The notes below the pieces were generated by a model. It did no database searches. It was not told where the DNA came from and was given only the letters and a program-made list of their open reading frames with translations. A stretch of 32,591 bases of DNA, from NCBI RefSeq assembly GCF_004010195.1, contig NC_057756.1, forward strand, positions 131,719 through 164,309, written 5' to 3'. This DNA comes from Chiloscyllium plagiosum. Taxonomy: Eukaryota. Shown one piece after another: positions 10,032 to 21,922 of this stretch. The position numbers and the translations under genes are program-made. Each line of letters opens with the position of its first letter. Position 1 is the first letter of the stretch.

Positions 10032-11970
10032 GAGTCGTAGAGTTATACAGCATGAAAACAGACCCTTCAGTCCAACCAGTCCATGCCGATCATAATCTCA
10101 AACTAAACTAGTATCACCTACCTGCGCTTGGCCCAGATCTCTCCAAACATTTCTTTTCGTGTATTTCTCCAAACATTTTTTGAACATTTGTAACTGTACC
10201 CGGATCAACCACTTCCTCTGGAAGTTCATTCTACATGAAACACTTCATATGTAAAAAGGTTGCCTTGGCTGAGGGATGACCTTATAGAGGCTTATAAGAT
10301 CATGAGGGGCATGAATAAGATAAATAGAGAAAGTCTTTTCCCTGATGTGGGTGAGTCCAGAACTACAGGCCATAGGTTTAGGGGAAAGATATAAAAGGGA
10401 CCTAAGGGACAACTTTTTCACACAGAGGGTGTGTGTGTATGGAATGAGCTGCCAGAGGAAATGGTGGAGGTTGGTACAATTGCAGCATTTAAAAGGCATC
10501 TGGATGGGTATATGAATTGGAAGGGTTTAGAGGGTTATGGGCCAAGTGCTGGTAAACAAGACTATATTAGGGTGGGATATCTGGTCGGCATGGACGAGTT
10601 GGACCGAAGTGTCTGTTTCTGTGCTGTACATTTCTATGACTCTGTCTCTTTTGAATCATTCTCCTTTCACCTTAAAAGTATTCCCCCAGACTTAAAATCT
10701 CCCAACATGGGAAAGACATCTGTCATTCACCTTATCTAACCCCTCAAGATTTACAAACATCTATAAGGCCACCGGTCAACCCCTATGCTCCAGTGAAAAG
10801 GTTCCAACCTCTGCTTATAACTCGATCCTTCCATTCCCAGCAACATCCTGGTAAATCTCTTCTGAACCCTCTCCAGCTTCCTAATATCCTTCCTGTAACA
10901 GAACTGCAGGTACTACTCCAGAAGAGGCCTCACCAACGTCCTGTACAACTTAGCATAACCTCCCAACCCCGATTCACAAATGTCTGAGCAATGAAGGCAT
11001 GCACTAAATGCCTTCTTAACCACCCTGTCTATATGTGATGCAAATTTCAAAGAATTATGAACCTGAACTCCTCGGTCTCTCTGTTTTACAACACGACCCA
11101 ATGCCCAACTTCTAATGGTATAAGCCCGACCCTTGTTTGTTGTACCAATTTGCATTTGCCCAAATTAATCTCCATCTGCCATTCCTCAGCCCATTAGGAC
11201 TCTTGATCAAGTTCCATCTTTAAGCTTTTATCATTTTCTTCATTGTCCTGTCATGATGCTGTTCCTTTAAGAAGGTTATGTTGTCCTTAGTTTTTTTTTT
11301 GGTGCAGCTATAAAAACACAGGCTCCAGGAGGCCTAGGTTTGAAGGGTTTCAGTGCCAATTTGATTATATCTAACAGATACTGCTGTAGGTAAAAGGCTT
11401 TCAAGTTTTTTTTAAAAAGTGTACAATGAAAGGGGAATGGTCAGTTCTCCCAGCTCAGCTTTTATCTGGGTTTGGTCTTGGTTTTAGCAGGCAGAGTTGT
11501 GAAGTTGCTGGATCCAAAGAAGCAAATCCATGCTGATCCTCCTTGTCCTTGACATCTCTCCTGTAAGACCCTGTGTTTGATTTTTACCTTTTTTGCCAAG
11601 GGGTGTTTATGGGGATTGTTGCAAATATTTGGAACAGCATCATTAAATTGGGATAATCTGTTGGGTTTTTGGATAGGTTTAGTTATTCTATATACTGTTC
11701 CATTTTGTTCGCGTTTCATTCAGTAATCTTGCAAATAAATTCTGTTTTGTTTAAAACTAAGTGGTTGGGTCAGCTGCATCACTCCTGGGATATCCACTGT
11801 ACACCTGCTTAAAACAATGAGTAAAGTTACGGTCTGAGCTACTTTCTTGAAATGTTTTGATGGGGTCTAGCCTGGCCTGATCCATAACAGTTCACTATAC
11901 CACAATTTTGGTGTCATCCACAAACATACTAACCAGGCTTTCGATATTTTCATCCAAGTCATTTACATAA
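10032..11970 (-). mobile_element. CR1 3' fragment containing an opposite-strand CR1 (~10270-10645) and a solo LTR
   Basis: Minus-strand IDRVVKKAF, LYRTLVRPLLE and DDTKI motifs. The plus-strand insert reads WNELPEEMVEVGTIAAFKRHLDGYM. Confidence 0.8.
11249..11889 (+). mobile_element. Solo LTR (641 bp) inside CR1
   Basis: TGTCATG...CATAACA termini, GTCC/GTTC flanks (1 mismatch), AATAAA near 11735. CR1 rejoins across it. Confidence 0.85.
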
Positions 11971-11974
11971 ATGT

Positions 11975-12135
11975 TATCAGACTTGTGAATGGACCTCTTG
12001 TATATTAGACTTGATCTTTCTCCACCCCTTCTTTGTAGCTGCAACATTATATTCTGCATTCTATTCTGTTACCCTGATGTATGATTTGTCTGGTTAGCAT
12101 GCAAAACAATACTTTTCACTGTATTTCACTGTACT
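11975..12135 (+). mobile_element. Rex1/Babar-like LINE 3' tail
   Basis: Reverse-complement match to 1670-1850. A further piece lies at ~9945-10031. Confidence 0.6.
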
Positions 12136-12141
12136 TTTCAT

Positions 12142-12450
12142 GGGCAGTGCGTGGTTAGCTGCTCATACCACCAGGGACCCAGGTTTGATTCCAGTCTTAG
12201 GCAACAATCTATGTGCAGTTTTCACACTCTCCCCATGTCTGTAGGGGGGTTTCCTCTGGGTGCTGTGGTTTCCTCCGCACTCCCGAGATGTGCAGGTTTG
12301 GTGGATTGGCTATGCTAAATTGCCCATATTGCCCAGGCATGTGCAGACTAGACGGGTTACAGGGTTAGGATGGTGGGAGTGGGATACTCTTCAAAGGGTC
12401 GTTGTGGATTGAATGGGCCAAATTGCCTACTTCCACAATGTAGGGATTCT
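12142..12450 (+). mobile_element. HE1-type SINE (diverged)
   Basis: tRNA-like head, V-SINE core and CR1-like tail similar to 5445-5751. Confidence 0.8.
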
Positions 12451-12479
12451 CTGTATATCGATACATGTTGCAGTAGTGA

Positions 12480-14050
12480 ATGCAGGAACAAGATTAGACT
12501 CAGCCTCTTCAGCCTTCACCACCATTCAGTGTTGTTCTGGATCTAGCCTCAAATCCACATTCCCAATTACCCCTCATAACCTTTCACCCCTTTGATTAAC
12601 AAGAATCTATTCACCTCTGCCTTAAAAAGAGAAAAATGAAACTTGCCCAATCTCCGGTTTAAATGGCTGAGCTTTGATTTCGAAACAGTAGCTGCTTTTT
12701 CTCCCAGCAGAGGAAGTATCCTCTCCACAGCTGCTCTGTCAAGAACCCTCGGGATCTTTTTATGGTTCCTTCCAAGCCACTCACCATACTGATTTGGAAG
12801 TTTTTTGCTGTTCCTGCAGTGTCACCGGGCCGAACTCCTGGAGGTCTGTTCCTAAGTCATGGAGTGGTTTGAGAAGGTCCGTTTTAATCGATGCGCCACA
12901 TTATGGATTGGCACTGCACCTGTCCAGTGACAACCTCTTCCTATGACAGAATTTAAAAACAATGTTCCAATCGAGTCACTTCTTATTCTTTGAAAGTCCA
13001 GCAGATACAAGCCTGGCCTGTCTTGCCTTTCCTCATAAGATAGCAGACTCACTCCCAGTCCACCGAACCTTCTTTGAACAGCCTTCAACATGTGAGAAAC
13101 AAAAGCTCACTCACTGTAATAATTTCAGTCCGAGACTAATTTCTGATCAGCCATTTATTTGTACACCTATAGATGGGTGCTTTGTCTAATTACCTGGTAA
13201 GGTAATGACAAAATGCACACCAAATCCAACAAACTCTCGAAATTTATACAGTTTGAATCCCCATATTTTTCCTTATTCCATTGTTTGTTCCCTGCTTCGC
13301 TTACGTCACAGATTTACTTAAGACTGATCCCACAACTTCTGTTTATCCTGTCTTGTCCGTGACAAACTCTTATCTCTGACTTCCATAAGGGTGTTTTACG
13401 TCAGTCTATTGTAGATTATTGATTAGGCATATCTTTTCTTCTATCAGCATCTATTTCCATCCAGAGGCCACTTTGACCTCTTTGATTAGGGTTTGTTCCT
13501 GTGTCCCCGTGTAAGGGGGAAACAGATGCTTTCCTGTTTGCCCATATATCCACCATTGTTCTGTATTCACGTCTCATGCTAACATATCCTTTCTTTTTGC
13601 TGAATATGTATTTCTCATTCCTATTCTGTATCAGAATTTATACTTGCAGAAATAACATTAATTCATTTATATCCCACAAATATATTTATATTGTCCCATA
13701 AATCAAACACCTAAGGCTCTATCCAGTACTCCATGTGTGGTTTCACTTGTATAACAAAAGCATAACTTCCTAATTTTTGTATTCAATTCCCCCCACATTA
13801 ATTATAACACCCTATTCGCTTTCCTGGCCATTTGCCTGATATGCACAGTACCCTTTTGTGCTTCAAGCAGGACAACATGCTTCTATCTAAGTGGGCAGTT
13901 GCACATTTCCAACACCTTTGTGCACACCCATGGCTTATCTGTATTGTTTTTGGAAATGTCCTTATCGCCACTTCGCCGCTTTCCTTCCTCATCATTCTTT
14001 GTGTGATCCGTAATTTTCTCAACCATGCCTTCCATTCTTGCATCTAGTCT
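12480..14050 (-). mobile_element. Old CR1 fragment interrupted by a solo LTR
   Basis: LKAVQRRF...LSYEER.DR.GLY.L reading and a decayed KFADDTK region near 14000. Confidence 0.65.
13091..13678 (-). mobile_element. Solo LTR (588 bp) inside CR1
   Basis: TGTGAGA...TCCCACA termini, AACA/AATA flanks, TTTATT near the left end (minus-strand polyA signal). CR1 continues on both sides. Confidence 0.75.
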
Positions 14051-14054
14051 TTTT

Positions 14055-14560
14055 GATTTTATTTCATTTAATTTACTGTTGTCACATGTACTGCGAAGCA
14101 GTGATAAGTCTTGTTTTGCATGCTCCACACAAAGTACTTCAGGGAAGCAGAACAAAGTGCAGAATACAGTGCCCCAGCCACAGAGGAGGTCAGAGAGAGA
14201 TCAACATTAACACTTGAGAGGTTTATTAATAAGTTTGATAACAGTGGGGATGAAGCTATTCTACGTGTGTTCAAACTTTTAGATCTTCAGCTCAATGTGA
14301 GAGGGTGAAAGAACGTTTAATTGGGTAGGAAGGGTCTTTGATTTTGTTAGTTGCAGTGGGAACTATAGACAAGAGTCAATGGGAGAAAGGCTAGTTTGTG
14401 TGACGGACTGGATTATGTTCACAAATTCTCTGGAGTCTCTTGCAGTCTTGGGAAGAGCAGTTGCCATACCACCCTGTGATACATCCTGTGCTTTCTGTGG
14501 TGCATCTATTAAAACTGGCAAGTGTCTTTGTGGATATTGAAAAGTCCACTTCTTTGAGGC
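14055..14560 (-). mobile_element. Rex1/Babar-like LINE 3' fragment
   Basis: Colinear similarity with 1670-2200. Confidence 0.65.
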
Positions 14561-14869
14561 TTTTTCAATCCAGAAGTGATATCACTTCAACTGTCTCTAC
14601 CCCTCACCGCAGTAAATTGCTGGTGTCTCCCACCCAATAAATTACAGACACTCTCCGACATAAATGATCTCTTGCCTTGGTTCTCACTGCATGCTGTGAT
14701 AAGCAATGCCCTCACTTCGAGGAACTGCCTATTATTCAGTTTGAATATTGTCTAAAGTTTAGACATTTTAGGACATATCTCCAATTAAGCAATTGAGCAT
14801 AATTACAGTTATTCAGCTTTATCAGTAGCACACAAATTGCAATCACTAATTTAATTAATAAACTCTCAC

Positions 14870-14915
14870 TTTCAGCAACAAAAATACTGATAAGAATGCT
14901 TTCAAACAGCTGCAT
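14870..14915 (-). CDS. Ly6/uPAR-family gene, exon 1 (signal peptide MQLFESILISIFVAE)
   Basis: Minus strand aaaATG at 14915, 15 mostly hydrophobic codons + 1 nt, then GTGAG donor at 14869. Phase 1 joins exon 2 to give ...VAEMQS|LTCY. Confidence 0.75.
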
Positions 14916-14959
14916 TTTGAACTGTTACTTTATCAGAGCAGAAGTCCCTCCTTCTGAAC

Positions 14960-15135
14960 TAACGAACCAGAGATCAGAAACTGCTGGTTCACAGCAATTT
15001 ATTGAAAGCTTGCTTGAAATGTCAATGTCAGCGGAGCAAGAGGATGTCTTCATGAAACAGGGTGGTTGTTTTTTCCGGTGGCAAATGCTTTAAATTGGTT
15101 GAATAAGAGAAGAGAAAGAAGTTTCAGTTTGCACA
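14960..15135 (-). promoter_or_regulatory. Candidate promoter of the LU gene
   Basis: Unique sequence upstream of the ATG with TATA-like AATAAAT near 15003-14997 and ISRE-like AGTTTCAGTTT at 15120-15130. Confidence 0.3.
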
Positions 15136-15192
15136 CAGGATGTCTGAAAGGCTGGAGGTTATGAGACTTTACACAAGTAAATAGTTGGTGCT

Positions 15193-15427
15193 AGGAGAAA
15201 GCGAGGACTGCAGGTGCTGGAGACCAGAATCGAGAGGGTGGTGCTGAAAAGCACAACAGGTCAGGCAGCATCCGAGGACCAAGAGAATTGATATTTCGGG
15301 CATAAGGAAGGGCTTATGCCAGAAACGTTGATTCTCCTGATCCTCGGATGCTGTCTGACCTACTGTGCTTTTCCAGCACCACCCTCTCGACTCTGGTCTC
15401 CAGCACCTGCAGTCCTCGCTTTCTTCT
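15193..15427. mobile_element. Palindromic Penelope pLTR-derived element (~235 bp)
   Basis: Two ~114-bp inverted arms around GAAGGG. The right arm matches the pLTR end at 23620-23736. Confidence 0.88.
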
Positions 15428-15968
15428 ATAGGAGTTGGGACGTTATGTTGAGGTTGTAGAGGACGTTGGTGAGGCCTCTTCTGGAATGTTGTGTTATAGG
15501 AAGGATATTACCAAGCTGGAGAGGGTTCAGAAGAGATTTACTAGAATGTTTCTGGGTATAGAAGGTTTGCCTTATAAAGAAAAGCTGGATAGACTAGGAC
15601 TTTTTCACTGGAGTGTAGGAGGTTGAGGGGCAACCTGATAGAAGTTTATACAATAATGAGGGATATATTTGATTTAATGATAGTTGTCTTTTCCCTAGGA
15701 TGGGGGATTTCAAGATTAGGGTACATGTTTTTAAGGAGAGAGAATTAAAAAAGACGAGAGGCAAATTTTTGTGGAATGAACTTCCTGAGGAAGTGGGGGA
15801 TATGGGTACAATTACAGTGTTTAAATGAAATCTGGATAGATACACGAATAGGAAAGTTTTGGAAGGATTTGGGCCAGGAGCAGATAGGCAGGACTTGTTT
15901 AATTTGGGATTGTGTTTAGCATGGACTGGTTGGACCAAAGGGTCTGTTTCCGTGCTGTATGACTCTAT
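15428..15968 (+). mobile_element. CR1 3' fragment
   Basis: YRKDITKLERVQKRFTRM...LDRLGLF plus CR1 3' UTR ending tatgactcta. Confidence 0.85.
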
Positions 15969-16459
15969 GGCTTTATGATCATCCTCAATTCCATTTTCCC
16001 AAGAACCTTTTGATTCCCTTGCAGATTCAAAATCCATCTTGAATGTACTGGACGATGGACCCTCGTCAGCCTTCTGCAGCAAAGAATTCCAGAGACTCGC
16101 TCCCCTCTGAGTGAAGAAATTCCCCTCATCTCTGGATCATGGGTGATCCTTATTCTGAGATTAGAACATAGAATATTACAGTGCAGTACAGGCCCTTCGG
16201 CCCTCGATGTTGCGGTGACCAGTGAAACCAATCTGAAGCCCATCTAACCTACACTATTCCATTTTCATCCGTATGTTTATCCATTACACCCTCTGGTCCT
16301 AGCCACTCTCACATGGGGAAACAACCTTTTCATATCTACCCTGTCAAGTACCCGAAGAATCTCGTATGTTTCAAGAAGGTCTCCTCTCATTTTTCTAAAT
16401 TTCAGTGAGTCCAGGCCCAATCTCAAGGCATCATAAAATTTGTAGGGGGGTAAATACAG

Positions 16460-17985
16460 AAGGATATAGATGGGCTGATCAGTGGCTCATGGAATTCAAT
16501 CCAGATGAATGTGAGGTGATGCACTTGGGCAGGACAAAAAAAACGACAAAGGAATATATAATGGGCCGTAGGACCCTGGAAAGCATTGAGGATCAGAGGA
16601 ACCTTGGTGTGTCTGTCCACCGATCCCTTGAGGTATCAGGTCAGGTAGATAAGGTGGTTAAGAAGGCACATGAGATACTTGCCTTTATTAGTTAAGGCAC
16701 AGAGTTGAGGAGCTGAGTGGTTATGCTGGAACTGTATAAAACTTTGGTTAGGCCACAGTGACAGTATTGTGCACAGTTCAGGAATCTACATTATAGGCCG
16801 GATGTGATAGCACTGGAGAGATTTCAGCAGGAGATTGTGGGAGAAAATCCGCTTCCCTGTCCACCCACAGCATGGCCACAAAGAGCAGAAGGAACCATGT
16901 CTGCGTGAGCCACAACAGAAACTACCCAGAGTGCTTCAGTCTTGACCAAACAGGCTAGCTAAGACACAAGGCAGCAAACAGGAGATGACTCAAGCCACTT
17001 CCAGACTGGGGAATACACTTCCCGAGACAGCCTGACAATAGAGTTCCTAGCACTCAGTAAGCACAACTGTTCCTGAAGCCCTAAGGGCAGCCTCACTTCT
17101 CACACGTACTGGAACTCCACAAAGGATGCTCAGACTGAAAGGTACCTTGCTTGCAGACTAACTACAATGGAAACCCATTGATGCCAGGATGAGAGACATT
17201 AGCACCTGCACTCACAGAGGATCGGGATCTTCTAACTCAATCATGGACGGATTGCTGCTCCTGGATGGCTGATTGTCCTCCCATTGATTGTGCTTTACTC
17301 TTGATTGTACTGTAATTCACACCACATTACCCCTGTAAAACTGCCTGTGCCCACTGCTCAGGGAAGAGAACCCTTGATCTACCTGTAGAGACCCTCAGTT
17401 CTGTGTCAGCCTAGTCAATTTCTCTTCCAGCCATATCGCTTGTAATAAGCAGCTTGCCAATTTCACCCGATCTGTGCTTGTGTGGTCTCTGTTCAATTGG
17501 GCTCAATTCTCTGACAGAGATTGACAGGGCATAGCCTGGGCTGGAGAGTTTCAGTCATGACGAGACATTGGACAGACTGGGGTTGTTATCCTTAGAGCAG
17601 AGGAGGTCAAGAGAGAATATATTGAGAAGTATAACGTCAGAAGAAACATATATAGGGTAGAGAGGAAGAAGCTTTTCCCTTGATGGATGGATCAATGAAC
17701 AGGGGACAAAGGTTTAACTTAAGGGGCAGAAGGTTGGAGGAGATGTGAGGATAACTTGATCACCCAGGGCTGGTGGGAATCTGGAACTCACTGCTTAAAA
17801 GGGTGGGAGAGGCAGAAACCCTCATCATCTTGAGGAAGTGTTTGAATATGCATTGCAATGTCAAGGCACACAGGGCTATGGGCTGGAAAATGGGATTTGA
17901 ATAGTTAGTTAGTTGCTTTTGACCAGTATTGACTGGATGGGCTAAAGGGCCCTTTTCGGTGCTGTCGGTCTCTGTGACTCTATAT
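16460..17985 (+). mobile_element. CR1 3' fragment interrupted by a solo LTR
   Basis: WADQWLMEFNPDECEVMHLGR...QVDKVVKKA. It resumes after 17517 and runs to the 3' UTR. Confidence 0.85.
16836..17516 (+). mobile_element. Solo LTR (681 bp)
   Basis: TGTGGGAG...CTCTGACA termini with a perfect 5-bp TSD GAGAT (16831-16835, 17517-17521). Confidence 0.9.
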
Positions 17986-18204
17986 TCATTTCCTCTGCTG
18001 ATAAAAGCCAGTTTGGCCTTTCAGAAGTGCAGCAACAAACTAACTGCAAAATTAAGATAGAGTTGAAAGAATTCAGTTGATTAGTTTGTGGTTCAACACA
18101 TTTAAACAGAAACTAATACCTGGAAGTTAGCTTTCGATTCATCCCTTCACTTTTGATTTCTCAGATGCTACTTCTCTCAATTCTGATTATGTAAGTTTTA
18201 ATTC

Positions 18205-18580
18205 TCCAGTTTCAAGGTACTTGATGTGGTGTCACATGGGAGGCTGGTTAGCAAGTTTGAAATGCTTGGGATTGATGGATTCTTGGCAACATGGATTAGA
18301 AGTTGACTAGACAACAGGAGATGGAAGGGAGGTGTTGATTGGCATTTCTCAAACTGGTTGATGTTCCCAAGGGAATGGTGTTGAGGCCCTTGCTTTTTCT
18401 GATTTGTATGGAGATTGGTGTTGAGGGCAAAATCTCTAAATTTGCAGATGACACTAAGCTAGGAAGAACAGTGAGGATGATGCTGAGTGACATCAGAGGG
18501 ACATTGACAAGTTGGTCAAATGGGCAGACACCAGCCAGAGAAATGTGAGGTGATGCATTTCAGTAGAAGAAACATGGAGT
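18205..18580 (+). mobile_element. CR1 RT fragment
   Basis: VPKGMVLRPLLFLI...ISKFADDTKLG. Confidence 0.8.
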
Positions 18581-18667
18581 AGGCAAGACAATGCAGATAA
18601 ACATTTGTAAACCGTTTGCTTATCACACTATGAGCTAAAACTCTAATCCTGTCATAAATTCACCCTT

Positions 18668-18765
18668 ACACACATCTACATGTGCACACACACACTAACA
18701 CAGAGTCATATACACACACGTGCAAATGCGCACACATACACGCACACACATACTTGCAAACGTGG
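18668..18765. repeat. Degenerate (CA)n microsatellite
   Basis: Interrupted CA/CG/TA dinucleotide run. Confidence 0.7.
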
Positions 18766-18922
18766 ACAAAAACATAGGTGTAATGGATAGTGGGAAAGAC
18801 TAGGGAAGCAGTATTGGTGGTTCCTGTTTACACGATCTGCTGGGTTGGTTCTTGTGCTGGTCAGAATGCAGCTTTGAGATGATGATTATCAGATCAGCCT
18901 TAATCTCATTGAATGGCTGAGC

Positions 18923-19222
18923 AGATTAGATTGGATCAGATTACCTACAGTGTGGAAACAGGTGTTCAGCCCAACAGGTCCACACTGACCCTCCGAAGAG
19001 TAACCCACCCAGACCCATTTCCCTCTGACTAATGCACCTTGCACTATAGACAATTTAGCATGGCTAATCCACCTGACCTGCACATTTTAGGACTGTGGGA
19101 GGAAACCGGAGCACCCACACGGGGAGAATGTGCAAACTCCACACAGACAGTCGCCAGAGGTTGGAATCGAACCTGGGACCCTGGTGCTGTGAGGCATCAG
19201 TGCTAACCACTGAGCCACCGTA
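18923..19222 (-). mobile_element. HE1-type SINE
   Basis: Reverse complement of SINE head (ggtggctcagtggttagcac, ggttcgattcc), core and tail. Confidence 0.9.
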
Positions 19223-20257
19223 CCGTAATGAGTCAATTTGTCCAGCTTGGTAAATGGTGAGTGAAATGTTGCTTTGATGTCAAGGACAGTCACTGTTTGA
19301 TTTGTCATGTTTGTGCCAAGAGATGCCTGGGGTGAGTGGTTCTAGTGGAACCCAAACTAAATGTCGGAGAACAAATAATTGGTGTGTGGCTGAGAGTATG
19401 TACTAATAGGATGGGAATTTGCTGCTTTTGATTTCTCTGAATTGTATGGCCTGATCGATTGGCCATAACTGGGCAGTTTCCACATTCTCAAGCAGATACC
19501 AGCTGGTCCAGCTGTACCACAGGCTGACCCCAGGGAAGGGGAGTGAAGAAGTGGGTATGGGAGATGGATTGTTCTAGAGCATTTTGAGGAGATGCCATTG
19601 GAGTCTTTGCTGCTTCAACCACTTCCAGCGATTGGATAGAACTGATGAAGATCGGCAGTTGCGACAAAGAAGGCTGATGTGAATCATTCAGTTTGCATCT
19701 GGTCCTGAGGGAACTGGTAACTATTTCCACCTTAACATTTGGGCAAACATCATCATCGCACCTTTCTCTTCTCGGTTGTGTAATTGTCCGCTATCGTTCT
19801 CGATTGGAAATGTCCAGTGAAGAAGATTGCCTTAGAGTACAAGGGGACCTTGATCACATGGGCCAATGGGTCAAGGAGTTTAATTTGGACAAATGTGAGG
19901 TGTTGCTTTTTGGTAAGGCAGACAGGGTTAAACTTATACTGTAAATGATAGGGCCCTGGGAAGTGTTGCTAAACAGAGAAACCTTGGGGTGCAGGTGCAT
20001 AGTTCCTTGAAAGTGGAGTCACAGGTAGACAGGGTAGTGAGGAAGGCATTTGGCATATTTGCCTTCATTGGTCAGTACATTGAATATAAGTATTGGAATG
20101 TCATGTTGCGACTGTGCAGGATATTGGTGAGGCCACCTTTGGAACACTGCATACCGGTCTGGTCCCCCTACTGTAGGGGGACGTTGTTAAATTTGAGAGG
20201 GTGCAGAAAAGATTTATAAGGACGTTGCTGGGACTGAAGGGTTTGAGCTATAGGGAG

Positions 20258-20605
20258 AGCTGCATGGTTACATAGTGGTTCGCACTGCTGCCTCACATTT
20301 CTAGGGATCCGGGTTCAATTCCAGCCTCGGGTACTGTGTGGAGTTTCCACGTTTTCCATGTAGCTACATGGGTTTCCTGCAGGTGCTACAATCTCCTCCC
20401 ATAGTGCAAAGATGTACAGATTAGAGTGGATTGGCCGTGCTAAATTGCCAATAGTGAGCAGGGATGTGCAGGCTAGGTCAGTCAGCCATGAGAAATGCAG
20501 GGTAGCTGGGACAGCGTCGGGATGGATGGATCTGGGTAGGATGATCTTCAGAAGGTTGGTGTGGACTTGGTGGCCAAGTGACCTGCTTCCACACTGTAGG
20601 GATTC
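20258..20605 (+). mobile_element. HE1-type SINE
   Basis: B box GGTTCAATTCC, V-SINE core, tail ccacactgtagggattct. Confidence 0.85.
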
Positions 20606-20734
20606 TGAGAGAGGCGGAATAGGCTGGGTTTTTTTTCCCTCGAAGTGGTTTATAAAAATGAGAGGTCCCGATAAGGTATTTTTTTCAAGGATGGGGCGGA
20701 GATGGGGTGCAAAACTAGAGGGCATGAGTTTAAG

Positions 20735-21922
20735 AACAAAGAAAATCTACAGCCCAGGAACAGACCCTTTGGCCCTCCAAGCCTGAGCCGATCCAAATGT
20801 ACTGTCTAAATCTGTCGGTCAGTTCCTAAGCATTTGTATCCCTCTGTTCCCCACCAACTCATACATCTGTCCAGACGCATCTTAAATTAATCTACCGTGC
20901 CTGCCTTTACCACCTCTGCTGGCAGCATGTTCCAAATGCCCACCACTCTCTGTGTGAAGTACCTGCCACATGTATCCCCCTTAAACTTTCCACCTCTCAC
21001 CTTGAAAGCGTGACCTTTCGTTATTGAATCCTTCACCCTGGGAAAAAGCTTGGCTCTCTCCACCCTGTCTATACCCTTCATGATTTTGTAAACCTCAATC
21101 AGGTCCCCCCTCAAACTCTTTTTTTCTAGTGAAAATAAACTTAACCTACTCAACCTCTCTTCATAGCTAGCACCTTCCATACCAGGCAGTATCCTTATAA
21201 ACCTTCTCTGCACCCTCTCCAAAGTGTCCATATCCTTTTGGTAATGTGGCGACAGGAACTGCACACAGTATTCTAAATGTGGCCGAACCAATGTCTTGTA
21301 CAATGTTAACATGACTTGCCAGCTCTTATACTCAATACCCCGTCCAATGAAGGCAAGCAAACTATATGCCTTCTTGACCACTCTATCCACCTGTGCAGCA
21401 ACCTTCAGGGTACAATGAACCTGCACTCCCAGATCTCTTTCCCCATCAATTTTTCCCAAGACTCCTCCATTCATTGTATAATTCGCTCTATAATTAGACT
21501 TGCCTAAATGCATCACCTCATATTTGTCTGGATTGAAAGCCACCTGCCACTTTTCCGCCCAACTCTCCAGTCTATCTATATCCTCCTGTATTCTCTGACA
21601 GTCCGTTATGCTTTCTGCTACTCCACCAATCTTTGTGTCATCTGCAAACTTGCTGATCGTACCAACAGTCCCCTCATCAGGATCATTTATGTATATCACA
21701 AACAACAGTGGGCCCAACACTGACCCCTGTGGAACACCACTGGTCACCTTTCTCCATTTTGAGAAGCTCCCTTCAACTACTGCTCTCTGTCTCCTGTTGC
21801 TCAACCAGTTCTTTATCCACCTAGCTAGAACACCCTGCACACCATGTGACTTCACTTTCTCCATTAGTCTACAATGCCTTACTAAAGTCCATGTATATGA
21901 CATCAACAGCCCTTCCTTCATC
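20735..21922 (-). mobile_element. Relatively young 5'-truncated CR1 (HER1-like) LINE, ORF2 RT C-terminal part
   Basis: 344-aa ORF 21921-20887 with SGVPQGSVLGPLLF, ISKFADDTKIGG, LVRPHLEYCVQF. TAAG on both flanks (20731-20734, 21923-21926). Confidence 0.95.

Larger units (their letters stand above)
662..14915 (-). pseudogene. Multi-LU-domain uPAR/phospholipase A2 inhibitor-like gene, probably disrupted
   Basis: Four colinear phase-compatible exons. Exon 4 is broken by a retroelement, two expected Cys are replaced and an LTR lies next to the acceptor. No stop codons in the visible host exons, so status is uncertain. Confidence 0.55.

Noticed and set aside
13798..14155. Cys-containing short ORFs
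   Set aside because: They overlap decayed CR1 and Rex1-like sequence and have no splice support.
20887..21921. 344-aa RT ORF as a domesticated gene
   Set aside because: Ordinary 5'-truncated CR1 with 3' UTR, a 5' lesion and a premature stop.
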